Origin: Octopus bimaculoides
Taxonomy: Eukaryota
NCBI RefSeq assembly: GCF_001194135.2
Contig: NC_068981.1
Coordinates: 2,202,665-2,266,664 of the forward strand
DNA: 64,000 bases
Direction: 5' to 3'
Shown here: positions 14,477 through 27,008 of the stretch, piece by piece
Layout: every line of letters begins with the position of its first letter
Numbering within the stretch: position 1 is the first letter of the stretch
The notes under the pieces: model-generated
Seen by the model: only the letters and a program-made list of their open reading frames with translations
Databases searched by the model: none
Told to the model about the DNA's origin: nothing
Program-made: the position numbers and the translations under genes

Positions 14477-14904
14477 GCACACTTTTATTAAAGCCGAGTT
14501 CAACAAAACATCTCGTAAGACTGACAATTTTAATAAAAAAATCAGCGTTAGCACCGAATATGTTATATTCCAAATGGTTTCAGCCCCAGGATGTGGGTGT
14601 GTAAAACTGACATTCCTACATACATTAATGTCTTTCAAATAATGTAACAAAAAAGCTATATATATATATAAAAAAATACATATTGTAACATATCAATGTA
14701 GAAACACATATACTAGCAGCAGCCCACCTTAAGACAGATGACTGTGTTGAACATCTGAGTGGCAACTCTCACATAACCTTGACATACCATATGGATAAAC
14801 ATTTTAGCTTATCCCATATATAAGCTAATTAACCCTACAAAAAGTGGAATAGGTAAAAAATTGCTAATTTATTTTAGGATCATTCATTGAAAAATTATAC
14901 AAGC

Positions 14905-15282
14905 CGTAGGAGTGGCTGTGTGGTAAGTAGCTTCCTTACCAACCACATGGTTCCGGGTTCAGTCCCACTGCACAGCACCTTGGGCAAGTGTCTTCTACAA
15001 TAGCCTCAGGCCGACCAAAGCCTTGCGAGTGGATTTGGTAGATAGAAGCTGAAAGAAGCCCGTCATATATATGTATACATATATGTGTGTGTGTTTGTCC
15101 CCCCACATCACTTGACAACCGATGGTCGTGTGTTTACGTCCCCGTAACTTAGCGGTTTGGCAAAAGAGACCAATAGAATAAGTACTAGGCTTCCAAAGAA
15201 TAAGTCCTGGGGTCGATTTGCTCGACTAAAGGTGGTGCTCCAGCATGGCCACAGTCAAATGACTGAAACAAGTAAAAGAGTA
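14905..15282 (+). mobile_element. tRNA-derived SINE family A, well-preserved representative; about 20 copies in the window
   Basis: A box TGGCTGTGTGG, B box GGTTCAGTCCC, CORE-like CACCTTGGGCAAGTG, internal (TG/TA)n, GTAAAAGA tail. Other copies: 7195-7600, 11620-12010, 23003-23405(-), 29140-29523(-), 36265-36645, 38140-38500, 42140-42545, 58019-59541(-), 59960-60415(-), 62968-63390. Confidence 0.85.
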
Positions 15283-16229
15283 AGCCATCACTTTACCTTT
15301 ATAGAATAATAGCTCATCAAGGATGAAGAAGTATTTATGGGTAGTTATGATGGAGCAGGGGTTTGTGAGCTAGAAGATATTTTTGCCTTATTCTCTAAAA
15401 TGCTTAGGCATTTTAGGTAGCTTCAAAAAGACTTAATACTTATTTCTTTATTGCCCACAAGGGGCTAAACACAGAGGGGACAAACAAGGACAGACAAAAG
15501 GATTAAGTCGATTGCATTGCCCCCAGTGCGTAACTGGTACTTAATTTATCGACCCCGAAAGGATGAAAGGCAAAGTCGACCTCGGTGGAATTTGAACTCA
15601 GAACATAGAGGCAGACGAAATACCGCTAAGCATTTCGCCTGGCGTGCTAGCCACTCTGCCAGCTCGCTGCCTTAATACTGTCAGGGTCTTTAGTCCCAAT
15701 ATTAGTCAAAAAGTACTGGTACTAGTGCCACATAGAAAGCATCCAGTAGACTCTGTAAAGTGGTTGCTGTTAGCAAGGACATCCAGTCATGAAAACCATG
15801 TCAGAACAGACATTGGAGCCTTGTGCGACTCCCAGCCTTACCAGCTCCTGTCAAACCAGCCAACCCATGCCAGCATGGAAAACAGACATTAAATGATGAT
15901 GATCAATATCAAATCAATTTCCTTCAACCGTTTAGGAGATCATATTGAGCTTAGTTCATATTTAAATCATGCACTTATTGATTTTTTCCTTCCTATGTTT
16001 GTATCCCATAACTTGCATATCTGCAAGTTACAGGATATAAATATAAACACATACTACAAGCTTCTGTACAGTTTCCATTTATAAAATTTCACTCAGAAGG
16101 TACAGGCTGACCCAAGGTCGTAATAAAAGCCATTTGCCCTAAGTTCCACAGCGAGACTGAACCTGAAACTATTTAGTTGCAAAGTACACTTAATCATACA
16201 GCCATACATTTGTGGGTGTGTGTGTGTGT

Positions 16230-16545
16230 GGAGGCGCAATGGCCCAGTGGTTAGGGTAGTGGACTCACGGTCATAGGATCACAGTTTCAATTCCCAGACC
16301 GGGCATTGTGAGTGTTTGAGCGAAAACACCTAAAGCTCCACGAAGCACTGGCAGGGGGTGGTGGCAAACCCTGCTGTACTCTTTCACCACAACTTTCTCT
16401 CACTCTTTCCTCCTGCTTCTGTTGTGCCTGTATTTCAAAGGCCCAGCCATGTCACACTGAATCTCCCCAAGAACTATGTGTTTGTGGAGTGCTCAGCCAC
16501 TTGCACATTAATTTCACAAGCAGGCTTCTCTGCTGATTCAAGCAA
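16230..16545 (+). mobile_element. tRNA-derived SINE family C, single copy
   Basis: Head ggcgcaatggcccagtggttagg...gtttcaattccc with A/B-box spacing, followed by a non-coding body. Confidence 0.6.
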
Positions 16546-16801
16546 CTGGAACACTCGTCATCATAACTGGAGTGCCAGGTGGTTATGTATGTATATATAT
16601 ATATATATATCTGAGTGGTTGGCGTTAGGAAGGGCATCCAGCTGTAGAAACTCTGCCAAATTTAGATTGGAGCCTGGTGTTGCCATCCGGTTTCACCAGT
16701 CCTCAGTCAAATCGTCCAACCCATGCTAGCATGGAAAGCGGACGTTAAACGATGATATATCAGTGTTTAACATCTGCTTTCCATGCTGACATGGGCTGGA
16801 C

Positions 16802-16849
<48 letters not shown>

Positions 16850-17404
16850 ATAAAAATCAGTATGAAATAGTGTCTTGCTCAACCCAGTGTGTTATCCTTG
16901 GAGATTTTAAGGTGGTAATAGTATCTTTTGGTGTCTATCTTTCAGCGCATTGAGAGGTTTATAGCCAATCCCGTGATCCCCACGTAAAAAGCACCATCTG
17001 AACATCGCTGATACCAGCACTGCCTTGACTGGCTTCCGTGCTGGTGGCACGTAAAAAGCACCAACCAATCGTGGCCGTTCCCAGCCTCCTCTGGCCTCTG
17101 TGCTGGTGGCACATAAAAAGTATCCACTACACTCTTGGAATGGTTAGCATTAGGAACGGCATCCAGCTGTAGAAACACTGGCAGATCAGACTGGAGCCTG
17201 GTACAGCCTCCTGGCTTCCCAGACCCCAGTCGAACCGTCCAACACATGCTAGCATGGAAAACGGACGTTAAACGATGATAATAGTGTGAGTGTGTATGTG
17301 AGAGGGAGATGCAAGGTTAAATGAATATGCAAATAGATGAAATAATTGACAAACAGACAGATAAATAGATGGATACACAAAGAGAGACAGACAAATATAT
17401 ATAT

Positions 17405-17447
<43 letters not shown>

Positions 17448-18106
17448 AACAAATGTTGATAGTTGAATAAATAGAAAGATACCAAGACGCATGAAAGACA
17501 GGCAAACAGATAAATAAACTGAAAGTTACACAATTATTGTCCAAGTCATATTGTCTTATTGTGTCCATACCGTCAAACAATAAACAAAACAAATATTACT
17601 GTGTACCTGTGTGTGGAAGTGAGTGTATCTAATATGGTTGGAGGGAAACTATCACTTTTCTTTCCATTATTTTCACAAACACACACACGTGCAAAGTCAT
17701 ATGTTTTATATCATTTTCTATTCTTTTTCGAATGACCCATTTTTTATCCAATGACTGACCACATAAAAAGTGTTATAAATATCATGAGTCACTTATCAGA
17801 AACCAGTTACAAGATCAGCCAGTGGCAAATATGAAATAACCTCGCTGTAATAAATACTTACACTGATTCTGTGTTGAGTACTTTTTCCTCGTCTACAAAC
17901 TCACATGGCCCCACACACATGGCACCACATGCACACCCACCCAACACACATGCATCAAACAAATCGACCCCGGTACTTAGATATTTTTACATTTGGTACT
18001 ACTTCTATCAGTCTCTACAATGTTCCTTTCCCTCACACTTGCATGGGTCAGATGCCTTTCCTGTCACCAACCCGTTTACTGGCAAGGTAATATTTCCCCA
18101 CTTGAA

Positions 18107-18535
18107 GGCGGCGAGCTGGCAGAAATGTTAGGACGCTGGACAAATTTCTTAGTGGTATTTTGTCTGTCTTTACGTTCTAAGTTCAAATTCCGTTGAGGTC
18201 AACTTTGCATTTCATCCTTTCAAGGCTGATAAATTAAGAACCAGTTGTGTACAGGGGTCAATCTAATTGACTGGCCCCCTGCCCCAAAATTTCGGGCCTT
18301 GTGCCTAAGGAAGAGAAGAATATTATATCTACATTGCTGTTAAGGTGGCGAGCTGACAGAATCGTTGGCACGCCGGGCAAAATGCATAGCGGCATTTCGT
18401 CTGTCTTTAGGTTCTGAGTTCAAATTCTGCTGAGGTCGACTTTGCCTTTCATCCTTTCAAGGTTGATAAATTAAGTACCAGTTGCATACTGGGTCGATCA
18501 AAATTTCAGGCCTTTGTGCCGAGAGAAGAAAAGAA
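18107..18535 (+). mobile_element. Two adjacent SINE family D copies (tRNA head plus a conserved central domain)
   Basis: aaggcggcgagctggcagaa...gagttcaaattc...gaggtcgactttgcctttcatcctttc..gtcgataaattaagtacc; the centre resembles the recalled Nin/Deu-type SINE domain. Others: 15470-15672(-), 25753-25928, 27605-27812(-), 46448-46568, 61690-61870(-). Confidence 0.75.
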
Positions 18536-21500
18536 TATTTTCCCCTTTGGCCAGACACATTTTCATAGAAGACTGAAAACAAACTTCATTTGTACGATGG
18601 TGATGGTCATTTATAACCATCACATGATGTCAAGAAAAGTGTACTCTCTCACACACACACACTAAACACTTCACCTTAACAAAAGTGCGGAAAAAAAAAG
18701 GGACAGCTTTTGGTTATAGGTCAAATTGAACTGGGTTAATCTTGAGGTAAACTAGTGCTTCTCAGTCATTTTTTGCCTACAAACCCCTTTGATCCCTATT
18801 TTACACAACTGGACCCTCATAGCCATTGGAGGTTTTTAAAAAATCCTATTTTTATAATTAATTATTATCAAGGAATTGTATAAAAAATAATTGCTAAAAT
18901 ATTTTCTGTAATGTAGGAGAATAACCAATTTATTTCTCATAATTTTTAACAAAATCTTTTATGGGCCCCCAAAGGTCATACGGAGCCGAGTTAAACGAAC
19001 AATAACTGCTCCATGAAACACAAACTCATCCCATCAACTAGTTTTCTGGACCAGCCAATTCTATAATTCATCGATACCATGTCTTTACTTAAAACAGTTA
19101 TGCTAATGAAAGCAAGATGTAAAGCTACTTTGGTCTTTATTCATATTGTCTGAGCAACATAAACAGATCGTGTAGGGGAGAGAGACAGAGAGAGAGAGAG
19201 AGGGAGAGAGAGAAAGAGAGAGAGGGAGAGAAAGAGAGAATGCTAAATGATGAGATGGCAAAGTGATGCTGCTGTGATATGAGAGCAAGGAAACAGGAAC
19301 CAACATGTTACAAGGCCTGGATGCTAAGGGATGTGGCTGGTAGCTGATTTATCAGGTTTCATTTTTTTTTTAAGACTTTCTATTTCAAACGATTTGTCAC
19401 ATACCAATTCAAAAAATCCACCCACCCCACTGTCATCACCTCCACCATTGCCATGACTATTGCAGAGACTGGACTGTCAGCACCGCTGAAGCATGCCACC
19501 AGTAAAAACATAACATTAGCATATTTAATGCAATGAGCATTGAAAAGCAAATTTAAAAGCAATAATTATGTAGATAGCATTAAAAATAAAATAAAAACAA
19601 ACAATATTAGTCAATGGCTGATATTTCAACTTTATGCTCACAAATACAAGAGATAACCATGGACATTTTAGAGTTATTCTAAACTCATCAGCAAAACTTA
19701 TCATCATCAGTGTTTAATGTCTACTTTCCATGCTGGCATGGGTCGGATGGTTTGACAGGAGCTGGTCAGCTGGAGGGCTGCTCAGGCTCTGTGCTTGTTT
19801 TGGTATGGTTTCTACAGCTAGATGCCCTCCTCCTTGACACCAACCACTTTACAGACATGTACAGGGTGCCCTTACATGGCACTGGCACAGGTGCCTTTTT
19901 TTACATGGCACCAGTACTCATAAGCCCACAAGATGAAGAACACTCAGCTGAAGAGGGATGCAAGAGGGGAATAGTGGCAAATGTGACGCTAAGTAAATAT
20001 ACAAGATGACAGATTGATTGACATAGGAAAATAAAACCATTTAGAAAAGTGAGAGGTTTCAATCCCCACTCCACACACTCTACCCCTGCCACACAATTAT
20101 TTCTAATATATCATTTAGCTGTTATATCAGTCACTAGACTCTGGCCATGCTACAGCACCACCTTGAAGGGTCTGGGCAAACACATCAACCCCAGTACTTA
20201 TTTAAGTGTGGTACTTGTAACCTTGCAATTTTGGCAAAAATTGCTAGGTGACAAGGATATAAACAAACCAACATCAGTTATGTGATGGTGGAGAAACATA
20301 CATACAGATACACACACACACATATATATAAAAAATACACGATGGGCTTCCACAGTTTCCATCAACTAATTTCACTCAAGGAATTGTTTGGCCCAAGCCT
20401 ATAGTGGAATACACTTGCTCAAGGTGCCACACAGTGGGACTGCTAATTAATGTTCTATACACTAAATACATTAACACTAACTTCATTATTGTGCATAATT
20501 ACTAGGTTGAGGAAAAAGTTCATGTGCCGTGTTAAAATAATGAACTAAATGAACACATACACACACCACAAAAATATATTAAAAAAAGCACTATTTTAAC
20601 ATGACGTACAAACTTTTTCGTCACCCTAATATTTCAAATATGGAGGAAGGCTCCCATTATATTAATCTCGGGTTCAGTCTCGCTGTGCAGCACCTTGGGC
20701 AAGTGTCTTCTACTATAACCATAGGCTGACCAAAGCCTTGTGAATGGATTTAAGGTTGGAAGTAAACTTCTCAACCACACAGCCCCCACAAGCACAATAT
20801 CATGTTTAACCTTTTTAGCATTTAAACCGATCATATTCAGCTCAAATATTCTATTTTATGTCAAAACTGCCCAGATCCAGCCTCTCACACCTATCTTACA
20901 ATCATCATCCAGTGTTTTAAATCCAGGTTTTGTCCCCATTAACAGGTTTGGCCAGATCTACCTCAATGCCATAGCAACTGAGGCAGGCAGGTGCAGCCCA
21001 CCCCAACCTTTGGGCTGGCTGGTGCCCATTCTCTTTTGCTATCATGAAGCTTTTTTGGAGCTGGATTTTCTATGGGGAGCATGCCCTTGCTTACTCTCGA
21101 CCACAGTTTCTAGACCTGAGTGGTCCCAAGACCAAGGCCTCCACCATGATTTTTAAGAAATATGATGGAAAACTAGCTCAGGAAAGCAGGGACTCTTTTG
21201 TTACCATATTTCTGTTGAGATTCTCTGTGTTTACTTCAACTGATTTGAAATATAACAACGAATTTAGTAAAATAACTTAGTTATCATTTAGTTAGTGTTA
21301 GGAACATAAATTGTGACTAAGGTTTGGTGGAAGATTTTCATTCAGAACTTATGAAAACAAGACATTTGTACTACAGAGCCAGAGGTGGTTCCAGGCAGGT
21401 TGGTATTGCATGATTAAATCAAAACAATGTGAATGAATAAGCATCGTATTTGACTGAGTAATTCTGAATGCTAAAGGATTAAAATTATATTTCTATTCAT

Positions 21501-22289
21501 GTATTCAATACATCACCCAAGATATAGAAGAAAAGCTGCTAGGTCTGAGTTCAAATCTGCTTTGAACATATTGGTTCTGAGCAGAAACCTGTCTGGTTAA
21601 TAAGAAGCAACAGAGTAACAGCTGTCCCCTCACTGAGATTCATGAGGTTGATGTTCAGTTTGAATTATTCTACTGCTGTAATTAAATGTGGGCAGAACCG
21701 TATATTTCAGCCCCTCTCTCTATTCACAGTTACCTCTTCCTTTACCTCATCCTGTTGGTGCCAATACCTCATGCTTCATGACTGCTCATGTCTGCCATCG
21801 ACTAACTCTATCCTTTATTCACCACTCTCTATATTCACTCCTGTGTACCTGATGTTCTCCATCCCTATCACTATAGGTCTCTCTCTCTCTCTCTCACACA
21901 CACTCTCTACCCACCACATTCTTGCAATCTTCACCCCCACCTCTCATACCCTATCTATGTTGGGAGGTAGAGAAACAAACAGGATATTGATAAACAAAAG
22001 CTTGGCTTGTCTTCAGGGATACGTAAACATGTGCTACATACAAGACATTGTTATCTCATCTTTATTGATGTATTTTGTTCAGTAATGTTAATTCGATCAT
22101 CATCATCATCATCATCAACCTACTCCTCATTTACTGTCCGTTTTCCATGCTGGCATGGGTTGGACGGGTTGACAGGAGCTGGAATGCTGGAGAGCTGCAC
22201 CAGATTCCAATTGTCTGTCTTGGCAGTGTTTCTACAGCTGGATCTCCTTCCTAATGCCAAATACTTTATAGAGTGTACATGTCACCAGC

Positions 22290-22586
22290 ACAGGAACAAG
22301 TATAGTTCAACATTTAAGAGATGAGGAATTATGTACATTATTTACACTTGACAGATATTTGTCCTCATCTTGTTTGTTGTTAACACAACGTTTCAGCTGC
22401 CATATCCTCCGGCCTTCATCAGGTGCCTTGGGGAAATTTCAAACCTGGGTTCTTATTCCTAAGGTATTTTTCGATGTTATTATTATTATTATAATTATTA
22501 TTATTCGGGTCACTGCTTGGAATTGAACTTGGAATTTTGTACTAAAGAGTACAAGTACAGAATCGAACTCAGAAGCAGTGACCTGA

Positions 22587-22629
<43 letters not shown>

Positions 22630-22787
22630 TGATATCAAAAAATACCTAAGGAATGAGAATCCAGGTTTGAAATTTACCCAAGACACCTGATGAAAGCTGG
22701 AGGGTATATCAGCCGAAATGTTGTGTTAACAACAAACAAGATGAGGACAAATATCTGTCAAATGTAAATAATGTACAGGAACAAGTA
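22290..22787. mobile_element. Fold-back (tail-out) insertion of family E with a 13-bp target-site duplication
   Basis: Inverted copies of the E tail flanked by direct repeat acaggaacaagta (22290-22302, 22775-22787). Confidence 0.75.
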
Positions 22788-24511
22788 GTTTGATTTTTTT
22801 AAATATAATCTATAGGATTTTTTCAACAGTTGCTGGCATAGCTCTGTGGTTAAGAAGTTTGCTTTGCAATCACATGATTACAGGTTCAATCTTAGTGAGT
22901 GATACTTTGGGCAAGTGTCTTTCATTACTGTCTCAAGCACACCAAAACCTTCACAGTGGATCTAGTAGGTGGAAACTGAAAGAAGCTTGTCATCACTCAC
23001 AGTCATACTCTCTTTTACTTGTTTCAGTTATTTGACTGTGGCCATGGTGGAGCACCGCCTTTAGTCGAACCAAATCGACCCCAGGACTTATTCTTTGTAA
23101 ATCTAGTACTTATTCTATCGGTCTATTTTGCCAAACCGCTGAGTTACGGGGACCTAAACACACCAGCATCGGTTGTCAAGCAATGTTGGGGGGGGGGGGA
23201 ACAAACACAGATACACAACATATACACACGCATACATATATATACGACAGGCTTCTTTCAGTTTCCATCTACCAAATCCACTCACAAGGCTTTGGTCAGC
23301 CCGAGGCTATAGAAGACACTTGTCCAAAGTGCCACGCAGTGGGACTGAACCCGGAACCATGTGGTTGGTAAGCAAGCTACTTACCACACAGCCACTCCTA
23401 TGCCTATACAAGCGGTTTCCTTATTTCCATCATCACCATCGTCGTTAAATGTCCATCTTCCTTGAATGCATGGGTAGGACGGATGACGGGAGCTGGCCAG
23501 GTAGAAAAACTACCCTAGGCTATTGTGTCTGTTTTGGCAGGGATTTTACGGCTGGATGCCCTTCCTGACACCAACCACTCTGCACAGTGGACTACCAATC
23601 TCCCACAAAAGCACATTTGGTCATGGAGAAATATTATCCTGCTTCGAAATGATGATATAAGCCAGGAATTGCAAACTCTTGATAATGTTACTTTTCGTAT
23701 GTCAAAACTTTAAACAGACATATAGACTAAACTACTCATAGGTTGAGGCTGGTTATTCATCATCATCATTGTTATCACATCATCTGTTTTACGTCTGCTT
23801 TCTATGCTGGCAGGAGTTGGAGAGGTAGTTGCTCTTCTCTTGTTGGTTCAGAGGGCTACAGAGGATATTTAAACATGTCAGGGAACACAGAATTCGTGGT
23901 TTCCAGTCTGTTCCAAACACTTTAGCTCACAAGGTTACATATCTTTCACTTATTTCAGTCAGACTGTGGCCATGCTGGGGCACTGCTCTCAAGAACTTTT
24001 AGTCAAATAAATCAACCTCAGAACTAATTTTTTGTTTTTTATTGTTTTTTTAAAGACTGATGCTTATTCTATCGCTCTCTTTTGCTGAACTGCTAAGTTA
24101 CTAGGAAGTTAACACATCAGCACTGGTTGTCAAGCAGTGGTGGGGGTGGGGGCGAGCACAGACACAAAGATACACACATACTCACATATATACGATATGC
24201 TACTTTCAGTTTCCATCTACCAAATCCACTCACAAGGCTTTGGTAGGCCTAAGGTTATAGTAGAAAACACTCGGCCAAGGTACCATGCAGTGGGACTGAA
24301 CCTAGAACTATGTGGTTGAGAAGTAAGCTTCTTACCACACAGTCATGCCTGCACCTTCTTCAGATTGCTAGACACATATCTGAGTGTTGCAAGTCACGCC
24401 TTAGAAACCAATCCTTTATTCCACAAGACAGATCTAGATACAAAGAAACGAGGGAGTGGTGAATTCACAAACTGAAGACAAAAAAGAAAAGAAAAAACAA
24501 TATCAACTTAC

Positions 24512-24617
24512 ATTTTATGATATATACAAAGACAAGGAAGTCGTGCTATGGTGTCCCCTTGTTTGAGATCTTCCAAACATATCACACATTCACCTTTATC
24601 CTCTGTCAATACATCCT
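24512..24617 (-). CDS. ZNRF1/2: ZNRF1/2-like exon encoding the first part of the RING domain: (E)DVLTEDKGECVICLEDLKQGDTIARLPCLCIYHK(M)
   Basis: ttttcag acceptor and AT|gtaagt donor; 106 nt. Translation nearly identical to recalled ZNRF1 DVLTKDAGECVICLEELLQGDTIARLPCLCIYHKS. Confidence 0.97.
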
Positions 24618-25948
24618 CTGAAAATTCAAGGAAAATTACAATAAATTAGGTGTTTATCATTTTAAAAAAAATTTACAGAAAAATATAACTTCTTGAAAAC
24701 ACCAACGGTTCATAAACTGGTTATCAATCAAGTTGGTACAAACATATTTGTTCTCTTAATAAAGATTATTTGAATGGAGTTTTCTTCCCACTGGTACCAA
24801 AAAAAAAAACAAAAAAAAAACTGAGTAAAATAAAAACAAAAAACATTCTATTTTTCCTCTTTGTAAATACAGAAATTAGAGGATAACTGTTAGTTTACTT
24901 AACAAATGACTTATAAGAAAACAAAATTACAAGAAACATCAAAATCTATGCATCAGAAAAATAATATGGCCAATTAATGTCCATATTCCATGCAAGTATG
25001 GACAGAATAGTTTATGAGGATTCAACAAGTCCAGAGATTGAATTGTGTTCATGTGTCTGCTCTGGAATAGTTTTTACAGGTGGATGCCTTTCCTAACACC
25101 AACCACCCTGTAGAGTGGACTGGGTGCTTTCTTTTGTGGCACCAGCATTAGTGAGGTTGTCATGCATCTTTATGCTATGGGATGAGGGGTTAAAGTGAGA
25201 GAGAGAAAGGACCAGAACAGAATGGGTTTCTTGCTGTAGGGGCGATACACAGCTACTCACATTACAAAACAGAAAGGAAAGTGGGTAGAGTGGAACTGGA
25301 AAGAGATGAAAATAGAGGTGATGAGGTGTCAGGGTGGGTCCTGAAGATATGAAGTGATAGATATTGTTATTGGCATGAATTTCTTTTGGGGGAGGTCTGA
25401 GATTCTGGAAGACAGGCACCAAGATTCTGCTAAGTCATTAAAGAAAATTTATCAATTCTAGGCAAAAACATTCCTATACAACAGCTGACATCAGCAGAGA
25501 ACTGATAGAACACACGGCAGACACTTGTCCAAAGTGCCAGCCACACAGGGGAACCAAACTCAAACAAATACTGTCTGAAACCTGCACATAGAAAAGCAGC
25601 AGCTATGTGGGTAAGAAGTTTGCTTCTTAACCGCACTGTTCCAGGTTCAGCCCCACTGCATGGCACCTTAGGCAAATGTCTTCTACTACAGCCCTGGGCT
25701 GACCAATAACCTGCGAGTGGATTTGGTAAGCAGAAACTGAGGTTGCCCATCAAAGAAGGCGGTGAGCTGGTAGTAACGTTAGGGGGCTGGGCGAAATGCT
25801 TAGCAGTATTTCGTCTGCCTTACGTTCTGAGTTCAAATTCCACCAAGGTCGATGTAATCGACTTAATCCTTTTGTCTGTCCTTGTTTGTCCCCTCTGTGT
25901 TTAGCCCCTTGTGGGCAATAAAGAAATAAGAAACTGAGGTTGCCCATC

Positions 25949-26002
<54 letters not shown>

Positions 26003-26024
26003 AGTGTGTGTGTGTACACGCACG

Positions 26025-26066
<42 letters not shown>

Positions 26067-26076
26067 NNNNNNNNNN

Positions 26077-26136
<60 letters not shown>

Positions 26137-26158
26137 AGTGTGTGTGTGTACACGCACG

Positions 26159-26214
<56 letters not shown>

Positions 26215-26589
26215 GGCTATCTATTCAATTATGCTAGGCTCCCACATAAACACAGTTTTAAGTTTATATGCAAATATATTATCAGTGAGATTGATAAACA
26301 AGACATCCTGAAGTAATCTTACAGTAATCATTTTGCTGACTTTTCTCTCATTAAAGCTTTGCTGATATGGGGAACCTCGACATGAACTCAGATAATGTTG
26401 GTCAAATTTTTTAGCTCATAGTAGCACGGCTATCGAAAACAAAAGATCAACACGTTATTTCCTCATAACTGCAGTCCACCTTCGATATTTAATGTTTATT
26501 TAACACTTCAAAAGTAGTTCGCTTACATGATCTGTCCAAATGAGAGAAACTGGGAACTATGTGTCTATGAATTTATTTATGTATGATGC

Positions 26590-27008
26590 TTGTGCACAAA
26601 CTGTGATGCTGCATGGTAGCGAGACATGATGAAGGGATGCAGGAGACATGTGAATCAAGTGTGATCCACTGGAGATATAATGTATGCATAAGCCATGTGA
26701 GACAGATGAGCTGAGAGAGAAACTGAGTATAAGAGGAATCAGTTTTAGTGTGCGAGTCAGAAGATTGTGTTGGTAGGGTTGTGTAATGAATGTGGAGGAC
26801 AACAGAGGGAACAAGGCGGAAAAAGAAGGATTGGACGACTGAGGAAGACATGGGCAGAAGCAGTGAAAGCTGATCTCAGGATGCTGAGCCCTAAAACAGA
26901 AAGAAAAAAAAGGGAGATAACAAAGTACCATAAGTGACAGGACTGTGTGTGGGAGAGGACCTGTCCAACCCATTTGAGCATGGGAAATACACATATGACG
27001 ATGATGTA
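26590..27008 (+). pseudogene. 3' fragment of an RTE/RTE-X-type LINE
   Basis: Broken frames VMLHGSET, DELREKLSIRGIS, RKTWAEAVKADLRML; ends ccaacccatttgagcatgg...gacgatgatg. Confidence 0.65.

Noticed and set aside
16230-16310. tRNA-like sequences here and at 45550-45623 and 48845-48910
   Set aside because: These are SINE heads with A/B boxes but no complete cloverleaf; not called as tRNA genes.
25940-26210. Apparent tandem duplications across 10-N gaps, also at 41660-41783 and 5957-6060
   Set aside because: Identical sequence on both sides of short gaps indicates unmerged contig overlaps, not biology.
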